In this document: positions 9,558 to 19,108 of the stretch, in pieces
How positions within the stretch are numbered: position 1 is the first letter of the stretch
Layout: every line of letters begins with the position of its first letter
Assembly: GCA_051251855.1 (NCBI GenBank)
Contig: JBPOGI010000002.1
Span: 32,001-96,000 of the forward strand
DNA from: Roseibacillus sp.
GTDB lineage: Bacteria; Verrucomicrobiota; Verrucomicrobiia; Verrucomicrobiales; Akkermansiaceae
DNA: 64,000 bases
Direction: 5' to 3'
Notes under the pieces: generated by a model
Databases searched by the model: none
Told to the model about the DNA's origin: nothing
What the model saw: the letters and a program-made list of their open reading frames with translations, nothing else
Position numbers and translations under genes: made by a program

Positions 9558-10574
9558 TCATTGCCCCAAAGGCTGGGGGAGGAACCCGAAGACGCGTTTG
9601 ACCGCTTCGCGCTTGAGTCGGAGTTCCCGCCACTCATTGACAAGGCGGCTTGGTTCAATGACGCCGCAGCCTGCAGGAATTTGCACTTGTTTGCCCTGCC
9701 AGAGGGTCATGCGAATGCCGACTAGAGCTTCAAATGTGCCGTCCATGAAAAGCCCAAAGGGAGCTCCGAACCACTCTGGGCACCCAAGGCGTTGCCGCCA
9801 GTCATAGAGTGCGGCGAGGGTTTCAGAAGTGCGGGGGAGGGGGCCTAGTGCAGGAGTAGGATGGAGGCGGCGGACGAGGGTTTCGGGGCTCTCGGGTCGG
9901 TAAAGTTCGACCTCGATGGGGGTGTGAAAGTGAATCAGTTCTCCGAGGTCGAGAATTTGTCTGTCCTTACGCTGCACCATGCCAAAGTCGGCGAGTTTGG
10001 CCATCAAGGTCTGGGCCACAAACTCATGTTCACGTATTTCTTTCTCATCGACGCCAAAGAGCTCGCGCTCTTCGCTCCGGGCGGTGCCGGCGAGGGCCAT
10101 GGTGGTGAGAAGGCCTTTGTCCAAATGAAAGAGCTGCTCCGGAGTGGCGGAAAGGACGCCTTGCTCGCCATCGGCCCAGCCAAAGAGTCGCATGTCTTGG
10201 GCGAGTTGTTTGGGAAGGTCTTGCCAGCGAGTGGGCGGGCCTTCCCAAGTGCCGACTTCGGTCACTACAGGGACGGACTTTTCTAGCCCGCCCCCTTGGA
10301 TTCGCTCCATGACTTCGCGGAAGACTTCGGCGAAGCCTCCAGCTTCGGGGTCTTGCCATTGAATGGGGCTGTTCGCTTCTTGGGTGAAGAGGCCCGCGAG
10401 TGAGTCAACGAATTCGACTCGGGCGGGTCGGTGCCAAGGCTTCTTTGATTGCAGGGCGAAGTCGTTGCGATAGAAGGCGATGCCTTCAGTCGGGCATTCT
10501 TCCAACTCTTCAAAGGGGCCATGCCCGAGAACGATGCGGCCATCCGCGGTAGCGAAGCAGGCCCAGTCCATCAT
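9558..10574 (-). CDS. Chorismate-binding enzyme (isochorismate synthase-like)
   Basis: SATPEQL, MALAGT, KEIREH, LHPTPAL, AGCGV, ELRLK motifs. Confidence 0.8.
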   Translation of the reverse strand: MMDWACFATADGRIVLGHGPFEELEECPTEGIAFYRNDFALQSKKPWHRPARVEFVDSLAGLFTQEANSPIQWQDPEAGGFAEVFREVMERIQGGGLEKSVPVVTEVGTWEGPPTRWQDLPKQLAQDMRLFGWADGEQGVLSATPEQLFHLDKGLLTTMALAGTARSEERELFGVDEKEIREHEFVAQTLMAKLADFGMVQRKDRQILDLGELIHFHTPIEVELYRPESPETLVRRLHPTPALGPLPRTSETLAALYDWRQRLGCPEWFGAPFGLFMDGTFEALVGIRMTLWQGKQVQIPAGCGVIEPSRLVNEWRELRLKREAVKRVFGFLPQPLGQ

Positions 10575-10589
10575 TCGTGAGTGGGGGAG

Positions 10590-11363
10590 TTATTCAGCAA
10601 CGGCTGCAGAACCGTTTTCGATGATTTGCAGGAAGCTATCCACCTCCATGCTGGCTCCTCCTACGAGGGCTCCGTCGATGTCAGGTTGGCCCAGAAGCTC
10701 GGCTGCATTGCCAGGCTTAACGCTACCACCGTATTGGATACGCACTTTATCAGCAACGTCGCCCCCAAAGGCTTCCGCGAGAATGACGCGCACTTTCGCG
10801 TGGGCTTCTTGTGCTTGTTCGGGAGAAGCAGTGACTCCAGTGCCGATGGCCCAGACGGGCTCGTAGGCGAGGACAGTGTCGAGAATGTCTTTTTCGGAAA
10901 GGCCTTTGAGACCTTCTGTGAGCTGACGGCGAAGAACTTCGTCGAGCTTGCCGGACTCACGTTCTTCGAGGGTCTCTCCGATACAGAAAATGGGTTTGAG
11001 GTTTGTCTCGCGAACCTTGTGCATCTTGGCGTTAAGAATTTCGTCTGTTTCACCATAAATTGCGCGCCGCTCGCTGTGACCGATGATGACGTAGGGGATG
11101 TAGAGCTCCTTGAGCATCATGACATTGGTTTCGCCCGTATAGGCACCGGCATCGTATTGAGAGACATTTTGTGCGGCGACAGACACGTCGTGGCTCGCAA
11201 GAAGGGTCGTTGCGGTGGGAAGGCTGATGAAGGAGGGAGCAATCACCACGTCGCATTTGTCAGTGGCCTTTCCAATTTTTGAGACCAGACCTTTGATAAA
11301 GTCCTCAGTTTCTGCTGGACCTTTATTCATCTTCCAGTTGGCGGCAATTATCGGCTTTCTCAT
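10590..11363 (-). CDS. tpiA: Triosephosphate isomerase
   Basis: ANWKMN, IGHSERR, AYEPVWAIGTG, YGGSVKP, LVGGAS. Confidence 0.98.
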   Translation of the reverse strand: MRKPIIAANWKMNKGPAETEDFIKGLVSKIGKATDKCDVVIAPSFISLPTATTLLASHDVSVAAQNVSQYDAGAYTGETNVMMLKELYIPYVIIGHSERRAIYGETDEILNAKMHKVRETNLKPIFCIGETLEERESGKLDEVLRRQLTEGLKGLSEKDILDTVLAYEPVWAIGTGVTASPEQAQEAHAKVRVILAEAFGGDVADKVRIQYGGSVKPGNAAELLGQPDIDGALVGGASMEVDSFLQIIENGSAAVAE

Positions 11364-11456
11364 AAAAATAGGACGTTGTTTTGGGTGAACCCGTGGGGTC
11401 CTTTACCCTGAGATTGCGGGGCAAGCAAGACTTGAAATAGAGTCAAAGTGGCGCGG

Positions 11457-13109
11457 TTATGGTCGTCCCGCCTCCCAAAGCTCTTTGATTTCCTCTTCAC
11501 TCCAAGCTTTTTTGGAGATGATGAATTCGTCAATTTGGCCGTCGAGGTTACGAACTTCGAACTCGGTGCCTTGTGCCCATTCCCGATAGGGCCAGTTGCC
11601 GATGTCGGCGACTCCGATGCTGAGTGGGCGCACCTCATCAATTGGCTGGAAGTCAATCAGGTGGCCATTTTGGAAGTGGTTAACGCGCTTTTTCTCGGGA
11701 TCGTAGACTACCGCAAGATGTACCCAATCTCCCAATTTGGTCGCCTTTGGTCTCAGGAGGTTGATGTTTGAGTGATAGTGGTTGCGGAGTTCCCTGCTCG
11801 GAGGAATAGGGCCGCCTTCGCTATCTGTCTCTGAGAAGTGAAGGTGGAGCCCGTCGGTCTCGGTTTTGGTGATGGTCCAATGGATAAAGCTCTTTTGTCG
11901 GGTCTCTGGGTGCAGGAGAGAGACTTCAGCAGAGTTGAGGCTGTCCAGTTTAACCCAAGTAGCGAGGGTGAGATTCTCGTATTTTCCAGGGAGATTGAGT
12001 CGGATTCGGTGAGACGAATTACTAAAGGCGAGGCTGCCTTTGTCGGGCCAGCGCCCTTTAGTCCAATCGCAACCGACAATCGCTCCGTCGGTGTCGGGGG
12101 GACCTTGGAGGGCTCGATTTCGGACGGTTCGTTCCCAAGCCGAGTCTCTAGCAAAGAGATAGCCCACGAGGGTATCTTCTTGGGCCATGAGGGCGCGCTG
12201 ATAGTCTTGCCATTGAACAAACCGCTGTTGAGTCTCACGGTCAAATGCCCGCCAAGTTGGAAAGTTGTCTATTTTTGCAAAGGTCGGAGTAACGATTCCT
12301 TCCGATGAGCAGATGATTCCGTGTCCTTCATCAAGAGCCTGCTCTTTACCGGTATCCTGCAGAAAATTCAGACTGCCAGAGAGGACGTGCACCTCACCTT
12401 GGCCTTCCTTAGATACTTGAATTCCGAACTCCGAATGGTCGTTGATGATATCGAAGAAGGGGGTTTCTACTGAAAACCCTTTGGCAGGGGGAGGGATCTT
12501 ACCGCGCAGGGAGCCATACTCTAGTTTTGCTCGCTTCGGATTTTGTAAGTCAAGCCGAGCAGGACCTTCCACAATGAGGACCGCGCCGGAGTAAAAGTCG
12601 ATTTGAGCCATCCCCTCGAAGAGCTCGATTCTTCCCTTGCCGACGGGTCTTCCGCTCTTGATAGCGGCAGAAGAGAGGGTTGTCCCACCTCCCCAGACGG
12701 CTCCTACGGTGTGGGAGACGACGGCAATACCTTTGACCTCTTGCGCTTCGATGCTCGCGAGAATTTTCGAGGCCTCAGTTTGGGGCTCGTTGAGATCGGA
12801 GACCCACTTGAGGTGAGGAAGGAGGAAGTAAGCGAGGATTCCAATGGCAGCGATTCCCAAAACTGGGATCACCCAGCGGGGCACCTTCTCGCGACTGCTA
12901 GCCAGCCGTTCGTCCTGACCGCTCCAAGTGCGGACAGCATCTCGTACAGCAGCCCCGAGGTAGAGGTGCTCAACAAGGCGACGTCTCTCCTTGGGGTGGT
13001 TTCGGATGATTTCGCGGAGGTCTTTTTGGGCCTCTTCATCCATCCGGTTGTCACGCAGCTGCTCAGCAAGCCTGTCGACGTCCTTCTCGGAGTAACTGCC
13101 CCGTCTCAC
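11457..13109 (-). CDS. FecR-like anti-sigma factor with C-terminal LamG domain
   Basis: TM helix, FecR-like IVEGPARLDL and GFSVETP, LamG WVHLAVVYD and DGQIDEF; GTG start overlaps the sigma stop codon. Confidence 0.8.
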   Translation of the reverse strand: MRRGSYSEKDVDRLAEQLRDNRMDEEAQKDLREIIRNHPKERRRLVEHLYLGAAVRDAVRTWSGQDERLASSREKVPRWVIPVLGIAAIGILAYFLLPHLKWVSDLNEPQTEASKILASIEAQEVKGIAVVSHTVGAVWGGGTTLSSAAIKSGRPVGKGRIELFEGMAQIDFYSGAVLIVEGPARLDLQNPKRAKLEYGSLRGKIPPPAKGFSVETPFFDIINDHSEFGIQVSKEGQGEVHVLSGSLNFLQDTGKEQALDEGHGIICSSEGIVTPTFAKIDNFPTWRAFDRETQQRFVQWQDYQRALMAQEDTLVGYLFARDSAWERTVRNRALQGPPDTDGAIVGCDWTKGRWPDKGSLAFSNSSHRIRLNLPGKYENLTLATWVKLDSLNSAEVSLLHPETRQKSFIHWTITKTETDGLHLHFSETDSEGGPIPPSRELRNHYHSNINLLRPKATKLGDWVHLAVVYDPEKKRVNHFQNGHLIDFQPIDEVRPLSIGVADIGNWPYREWAQGTEFEVRNLDGQIDEFIISKKAWSEEEIKELWEAGRP

Positions 13110-13759
13110 GCAAGGCCCTCCCGCTGATTTTTCTTTCGGGATTGCATGCGGTTCTTGATGCAATCCAAGAGCAGGCCGTGTGCTTTCTCCAAAAGAAAAT
13201 AGATGGAGCGAATGCTCATGCGCTGCTCTTTGGCAATCTCGGTAACTGGAGAGTCCTTTTGGTAACGGGCCCAAACGACTTGGCGGCACTTTTGGGGGAG
13301 ACGTCCAAGGCAATGGACCAAATCGTCACGTTGGTCATCGAAGTCGCAGCCAACAGCAACCGCCTCATCGGCAAGAGCCATGAGTTCATTGTCGTCGAGA
13401 GAGAGGGGCAAGCGTGCTTGTTTACGACGCCAGTTGAGAGCGCAAAATCGCGCCACACTCATAGCCCAAGCAGCGAAGTCGGTACCTTCTTCGAATTGGT
13501 CGAACTTACGCCATAGCACCATGGAGACTTCTTGCAAAAGGTCTTCCGAGCCCTGGTGATTATGGGTCAAAGAATAGACAAAGCCGTAGATACGGTGGCG
13601 GTTGGCGATAAGTAACTGTGAGAAGAGGGCGCCTCGATCGCCGTCTTGCTGCGTTTCTTGCTTGGGGTTGTCTTTGTCCGCTGGGTCGCTCACTTGTGTG
13701 GAAAGGGTAGGGGATAAATGCTCTTTGGTGAAGTATTGAAACGCGAACTTATCTCCCAA
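13106..13759 (-). CDS. ECF sigma-70 factor
   Basis: EDLLQEVSMVLWRKF, FAAWAMSVAR, region-4 HTH. Confidence 0.9.
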   Translation of the reverse strand: MGDKFAFQYFTKEHLSPTLSTQVSDPADKDNPKQETQQDGDRGALFSQLLIANRHRIYGFVYSLTHNHQGSEDLLQEVSMVLWRKFDQFEEGTDFAAWAMSVARFCALNWRRKQARLPLSLDDNELMALADEAVAVGCDFDDQRDDLVHCLGRLPQKCRQVVWARYQKDSPVTEIAKEQRMSIRSIYFLLEKAHGLLLDCIKNRMQSRKKNQREGLA

Positions 13760-13828
13760 ATTTCATAAACTATTCTGCACTTCTGGCCTTGGGGAGACAT
13801 TGAATCTCTGACGCGAGCGCGATTCCTT

Positions 13829-14671
13829 ATGAAAACACTCCTCTCTCTCTTTTCCCTGATATTCGGTTTATTGACATCTCTTCTAGCACGGGGTGAAGAG
13901 GTTTCTACCCGTCCCGCTGCTCCAGAGGGGTACCGTTGGGAATCGGTGAGTGCATTGAGCGACGAGTTCGAGAGCGATGCCCTTGATGAATCCAAGTGGC
14001 AGCCAACGCATCCTTATTGGTCAGGCCGTGAGCCAAGTCGTTTTGATTCAACGAATGTTTCTGTAAAGGATGGCTTTTTACGGTTGCGGTCACATAGCCT
14101 TGTCAAGGAACTCTCGGAGGTCACCAATCCTATGGAAGATGTTTGGGTGCATAGCTCTTGCGTGACTTCTCTTAACCCCACTGCTCGGCCCGGTTCTTAC
14201 TTTGAGTGTCGGATGAAGGCTTCTGAGTTAAGTATGACTTCATCTTTTTGGTTTCAGGGGAAGAAATTCGAAATTGATGTGGTGGAGCAAATCGGAGCGC
14301 CTATCAAGGAGCCTGAGCAGGCCTACAAGATGTTAATGAATAGTCACTGGTTTGAGACTAAGAGTGGCGGCGAGTCCGACCACTCAACGCCCACCAAATG
14401 GATTATGCCCGACAAGTCATCGGAACGCTTTCACACTTATGGTCTCTGGTGGAAGAGTGAGACTGAAGGGTGGTTCTATCACGACGGAGTGAAAGTGGCT
14501 GAGATGACTTTTCCCACTGCCTTTACAACGCCGATGTTTCTCTTTTTGGATACCGAGGTTTTTACGTGGGCTGGGCTGCCCACCTTGGAATCTCTTGCCG
14601 ATGAAAGCAAGAATACCATGCTGGTAGACTGGGTGCGGAGCTGGAGACTCGTGCCAGAGGAGTCGCAGTAG
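13829..14671 (+). CDS. GH16 glycoside hydrolase (porphyranase/agarase-like)
   Basis: Signal peptide, LSDEF, catalytic EIDVVE, FHTYGLWW, VDWVR. Confidence 0.85.
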   Translation: MKTLLSLFSLIFGLLTSLLARGEEVSTRPAAPEGYRWESVSALSDEFESDALDESKWQPTHPYWSGREPSRFDSTNVSVKDGFLRLRSHSLVKELSEVTNPMEDVWVHSSCVTSLNPTARPGSYFECRMKASELSMTSSFWFQGKKFEIDVVEQIGAPIKEPEQAYKMLMNSHWFETKSGGESDHSTPTKWIMPDKSSERFHTYGLWWKSETEGWFYHDGVKVAEMTFPTAFTTPMFLFLDTEVFTWAGLPTLESLADESKNTMLVDWVRSWRLVPEESQ

Positions 14672-14674
14672 GTC

Positions 14675-15436
14675 CTACTTAATGAGTGAAAAGTCGGTGG
14701 CTTTCATCATTAGAGATTGAACCCCCTTCTTCACGAGAATACGGCCGCCTGCTTCCTCCTCGGAAGCGGTAGCAACAGCTCTCCACTTGGGATCGTTGCG
14801 GAAAAGGTCCCAAGATTTTTTCGCGGCGTCGGCATCCTGATGAGCAAGGAAGTAGATGAGGATGTTTTCGGAGTTTTCTTGGTCAGCTAACAATTCGAAG
14901 TATCCTAGGTTGGTCATGCCGTGTTTTTTGAAAAGTTCACAGGTATGGTTACGGAAGCGTTTGTGGAGAGCTGGTAGCATTCCCTCCGCAGTGGTGTAAG
15001 TGCGCATCTCAAAGATGCGAGCTGGATCTTCTGTTTTGCTGAAGTCACTTGAGAAGTCGGTTTCCTTGAGAAAAAGGGAATCAATTTTAGCAACAAGCTT
15101 ACCGTCGGCTATGGAGGCTTGATAAGCAGTCTTCCAATCGGGGTCATCAAGAAAGCCTTTCCATGAAGCTTCCCGAGCTTCCTTACTGGGGTAGGAGAGC
15201 AGGTAGACGAGGGTGTTGCCGGTGTTGTCGGTGGGGACCCAATAACCTACGTTGGTCATGCCGTGTTTTTCGAAGAGGCTTACCGTGTGATCTCGAAAGC
15301 GGGATTGCAGAGCATTCAGCTTATTCTCTTTAGCGTGATAGGTTCGGAGTTCGAAGACGCGGGCGTCGGGTTCAGCTTGGAGAGAGGCGAGGGTCATGGT
15401 GAAGATGAAGGTGAAGAGGCAGAGATTTCGGAACAT
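14675..15436 (-). CDS. Exported tandem NIPSNAP-domain protein
   Basis: Two repeats of FE(L/M)RTY...RFRxHT..LFxKHGMTN.GY. Confidence 0.85.
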   Translation of the reverse strand: MFRNLCLFTFIFTMTLASLQAEPDARVFELRTYHAKENKLNALQSRFRDHTVSLFEKHGMTNVGYWVPTDNTGNTLVYLLSYPSKEAREASWKGFLDDPDWKTAYQASIADGKLVAKIDSLFLKETDFSSDFSKTEDPARIFEMRTYTTAEGMLPALHKRFRNHTCELFKKHGMTNLGYFELLADQENSENILIYFLAHQDADAAKKSWDLFRNDPKWRAVATASEEEAGGRILVKKGVQSLMMKATDFSLIK

Positions 15437-15489
15437 GGTGCAAATAGATTAAGTGAGAGAGCGGGGAAAGCACGTGCAATTTTACCGGC

Positions 15490-16023
15490 TCAAAAAAGCA
15501 ACATCGCCAAAGCCATGACAGCCATTCCGACGTCTTCGATGACGGCCACGGTAGAGAGGGGGACGTTGAGAGAGCTGCCCATACAGGCGCACTTGAGGTC
15601 GAGACCTTTGGCGAGGGCGCGAAAGATGCCAACGGCTCCAAAGGTCATGAGAATGATGGTGGCGAGGTAGACGAGTTGTGGCTGCCAGTGGGAGAGGTAA
15701 CCCAAAGCGAGTACGAGCTCTAGGAAAGGATAGAGTAGCGCGTAGGGGCGTGATCTTCCGGCTAGCAAATCATACTTCTGGAAGCCATCCGCAAAGCCCG
15801 AGAGGTCGAAGAGCTTGAGCATGCTAAAGCTGAGGAGAAAGAGTCCCATGAAGTCGTGCATGGCCATCTTTCCGTCCCAAGCACCGTAGTGAACCTGTTT
15901 AGCGGCCGCAGCCAAAATCGCCAAGGCAATGAGCACAATCAACGGGATGTAGCGATGCCAGCGAGGGGGCTCAGGCGCTCCTCCCGAGCAGCAAGAGGGA
16001 GTGCTTTCTTCCTTCGATTCCAT
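15490..16023 (-). CDS. MauE/DoxX-like membrane protein
   Basis: FADGFQKYDLLA, YPFLEL, CACMG, EDVGM. Confidence 0.75.
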   Translation of the reverse strand: MESKEESTPSCCSGGAPEPPRWHRYIPLIVLIALAILAAAAKQVHYGAWDGKMAMHDFMGLFLLSFSMLKLFDLSGFADGFQKYDLLAGRSRPYALLYPFLELVLALGYLSHWQPQLVYLATIILMTFGAVGIFRALAKGLDLKCACMGSSLNVPLSTVAVIEDVGMAVMALAMLLF

Positions 16024-16032
16024 GAAGCCAGA

Positions 16033-19023
16033 CTATGGACTCGTCTCACTCTCGACGCGAAAGAATTCTTTGGCTGGGGAAGTGACGTCGATGGTGAAAG
16101 AGAGATCGCTTTGCACTCCGCAGTCATTCTCGGTGAAAAAAGAGACGTCATGAGAGTCGAAGGAAGCGAGGTCTTCGGAGCCGCCGATCCAGAGCTTGGT
16201 GGAGCCGTCGCGCAGAAGATATTTCTTATCAATACCTGCAGTAGCGGTGGAGTCCCAAAGCCACCAAGCCACCGGGAACCCCATGGTGAGGTCAGGGGAA
16301 GAGTAGTCAGTGATTTGGAAGAGGTGGGGGTGACCTTCGGGAAAAGTTGGATCCAGCCCATGGACATACTCCTCAAGGTTGGAGTAGGGGTCGCCGTCGT
16401 CGTTGTCGCTTTCGCTCACATTGGTGAGAAGAAACCAAGAGGTCCAATCATCGTAGCTAGTGTAGCAACCCGGATAGATGGAGTCAGCTTTGACCTGTGG
16501 ATAGCTGATGCCACCATGTTCGATGGTGGTCGTGTGCGTGGAGTGGGTGATGAAGTCGTTTGTGAGATCAATGGGCGAGAGCCATGGGTTGGCAGAGTGG
16601 AATTGGATAAAAGAGCCCGCGGCGAGAGCGGCGGAAGCAGAAGTTCCGGTAAAGAGCTTGGTCGTTTGCAGGCCGAGGACCTCGGTTGCGACAACGGTAT
16701 TTTTTCCCGGAGCAAGGGCTCTCAAGGCTGGTCCAGAATTCGAGATTCCTAGGAATCCTCCGGACAGGTCTGAGCTTCCAACGCAGAGCACACCAGGCGT
16801 GGTGCCTAATTGAGAGGGCGCGTAGTCTGCGGCGAGTCCCCCTTCGTTCCCAGCTGACATAATGATGGGCATGTTCACGGTCAGGCAGGCGTTGATGCTG
16901 TTGTTCAAGGCGTCCAAATCATCGGAGTCCACCAGCGAGACCGAGTTTGAGGCAATGAGAATGACGGCAGGGGTGTAGAGATTTTGCGAACTTGTGCGGT
17001 CGACTCTGGCTTCGTTGAGAGCCTTGACGAGGGCTGAGGCTCGCGTGCCACCGAGGGATGGATAGATGTCGTAGACCTTGGTCGTGATGGGGGTGTGCTG
17101 GGCGGCACCTTCATTGGGACCTGCGACAAGCGATAGGAGGTTGGTGCCGTGCTCCGAGGTGATGATGGAGTGTGGTTCGGCTCCTGAGCGGATGAGCTCT
17201 CCGTAGCCGCCCACGAGAGGGTCGAGAATGTTGAGGTGACTGTTGGATGAAAAGTAGCTCCCACCAGGATCGGTGACAGCTGTGTCGATGAGGTAGAGGC
17301 GCACTGGTTGGCACATCTCGGGGTAGCTATAGGAGTATGGGCTGGCAGCGGAGGCGTCATTGAGGTTGGCCAAGTTTTGTGACGAGGGCGAGACGGTGCC
17401 TGAGGTTCTGATAAGAATATCTCTATCGACCTCATAGAGGTTGGAAGCCTCTATGAGGTCGATATCTTGATCGGAGATAAAAGCAGCATAGCCAACTACG
17501 CCAATATCGATGCCACCAGCGCCAGGAATGAGGTCGGGGTAGTCGAACTCGTGGTAGATTTCGGCAGGCGTCGAGAGCTGGGGGATAGTGCCTTGTTCTC
17601 CTTGTAGCACGGACTTTAAGTTGGCAAGGAACTGCGCCGAGGGCGTGGGGTCGTCTGGAGTTTGGTGAATAATATAGGCGGCTTGAAGAGGAAGGTTCTT
17701 GGTGAAGGCTGCAAAGAGGTGGGTGCTGCCCCCGGGGAGGATGTCGCTGCCAAAGATGAGGTCTCCGGAGTCTTGCTGGTTACCTACGATGACTTGTTCT
17801 TCTCGAAGAGGGGCCGAGATTCCTTGGGCTTTTGCAATCGATCCTCCACTGGAGGTGAGGAAGCGGTAAGGCAGCCCTCCGTCACCGACGGAAAGAATAC
17901 CGGTGTCTTTGTTACCTACTCGTTGCTTCCCCTCGAAGGTGAAGGGGCCGTTGAAGTTGACGGCAAGGTGAACGTTGCCCATGGGATCGTGAGCAAGGTC
18001 GGTGGAAGTCATGGTGGAGGTAGCGGCATCTCCAGCGGCAATACGGGTCGACCACAAGTAGTTGCCGTCTGACTGAATGCGGACCAGATAGCTTTCCTGA
18101 ATGGTTAAGGGAGATGACTGAGCATCGAGCAAAGAGCCTTCATAGCTGACCTGAGCATTGGTGGTGGAGAGGGAAAAGGAGATGAGGCCTTGGGGAGAGA
18201 CTCCCAACCCTCCCGCCACTTCGTCCTCGCTCGAGGAGGCAAACTTTTCCCAGAGAAGAGTTCCCGTTTCCGAAATCGCTGAAATGCGAATGTCGCTTCC
18301 GTTGCTACCGGTCGAATCGAGGACGGTGCTCAGGACGAAGCTTTTGGCCTGTCCGTTGATGAGCGATTGGGTGGCAATGTGTTCCAGCGTGATGGTGTCT
18401 GTATTGGCGTTGATGTCCCACAGGAAGATACCATTGTTATCACGTTTCATGACGAGCTTGCTGGGGCCGGTGAGGTACATGGAATCGTTGCTGTCTACGG
18501 CGATGGAGCGCGGGATGAAGCTGCCGAGAGAGGTGGCGGATATCCAGCTGCCGGTCGCTTGATCGAGGATTGCGACGAAGCCTTCGGAGTCCGTTGGTGC
18601 TGGCAGCGAGATCGTTTGGCTGGGGTCGAAGAAGACCTCGTCTTCATAGCTGCCACAAACGTAGATTAGACCGGTATCCTCAGTGAGCACGAGGTCGCTG
18701 ATGAGAACCGAGCCATTCGAAGAGGTAGTAGCTGCCCATTGGGTGAGCCAACCACCACTCGTATTGGGGGAAAGTTTGACCACCAATCCCCCAGGCACGC
18801 TTGAGGAAAGATTGCCGCTCAAGCCCGGTAATACAATGACTCCCTCAAAGTGTCCGCCCGCAAAGGCTTCGTCGTGGGGAGAGGAACGCGGGGCTTCTAC
18901 GGCCGTGAAGATCGCTTGGCTGGTGGAGCCCCCCGAGTTGAGCGCAAAGTTCCAATCGACGATTTCGGAGCCTAAAAGGGAGCTGATACTCAGGGCTAAG
19001 AGAAAGAGAAGGTGGCGAAACAT
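16033..19023 (-). CDS. Secreted multidomain S8 (subtilase) protease with N-terminal beta-propeller-like repeats
   Basis: Triad motifs LYLIDTAV, SEHGT, FTGTSAS; oxyanion SAGN; C-terminal DGDxYSNLEEY and FFRV; start ATG 19023. Confidence 0.75.
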   Translation of the reverse strand: MFRHLLFLLALSISSLLGSEIVDWNFALNSGGSTSQAIFTAVEAPRSSPHDEAFAGGHFEGVIVLPGLSGNLSSSVPGGLVVKLSPNTSGGWLTQWAATTSSNGSVLISDLVLTEDTGLIYVCGSYEDEVFFDPSQTISLPAPTDSEGFVAILDQATGSWISATSLGSFIPRSIAVDSNDSMYLTGPSKLVMKRDNNGIFLWDINANTDTITLEHIATQSLINGQAKSFVLSTVLDSTGSNGSDIRISAISETGTLLWEKFASSSEDEVAGGLGVSPQGLISFSLSTTNAQVSYEGSLLDAQSSPLTIQESYLVRIQSDGNYLWSTRIAAGDAATSTMTSTDLAHDPMGNVHLAVNFNGPFTFEGKQRVGNKDTGILSVGDGGLPYRFLTSSGGSIAKAQGISAPLREEQVIVGNQQDSGDLIFGSDILPGGSTHLFAAFTKNLPLQAAYIIHQTPDDPTPSAQFLANLKSVLQGEQGTIPQLSTPAEIYHEFDYPDLIPGAGGIDIGVVGYAAFISDQDIDLIEASNLYEVDRDILIRTSGTVSPSSQNLANLNDASAASPYSYSYPEMCQPVRLYLIDTAVTDPGGSYFSSNSHLNILDPLVGGYGELIRSGAEPHSIITSEHGTNLLSLVAGPNEGAAQHTPITTKVYDIYPSLGGTRASALVKALNEARVDRTSSQNLYTPAVILIASNSVSLVDSDDLDALNNSINACLTVNMPIIMSAGNEGGLAADYAPSQLGTTPGVLCVGSSDLSGGFLGISNSGPALRALAPGKNTVVATEVLGLQTTKLFTGTSASAALAAGSFIQFHSANPWLSPIDLTNDFITHSTHTTTIEHGGISYPQVKADSIYPGCYTSYDDWTSWFLLTNVSESDNDDGDPYSNLEEYVHGLDPTFPEGHPHLFQITDYSSPDLTMGFPVAWWLWDSTATAGIDKKYLLRDGSTKLWIGGSEDLASFDSHDVSFFTENDCGVQSDLSFTIDVTSPAKEFFRVESETSP

Positions 19024-19108
19024 GGGTTTGGCGGTTGTTTTTGAGAAGGCATCGGCTGGCTTCAACCGTAGGAACTACCCCCGATTTTCTCATTTTTGAC
19101 AATGAATC

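Noticed and set aside
9558..10574. Siderophore biosynthesis linked to the TonB cluster
   Set aside because: Convergent to the cluster and apparently co-transcribed with tpiA; no NRPS or entA/B/E-like genes, so a housekeeping role such as quinone synthesis is more likely
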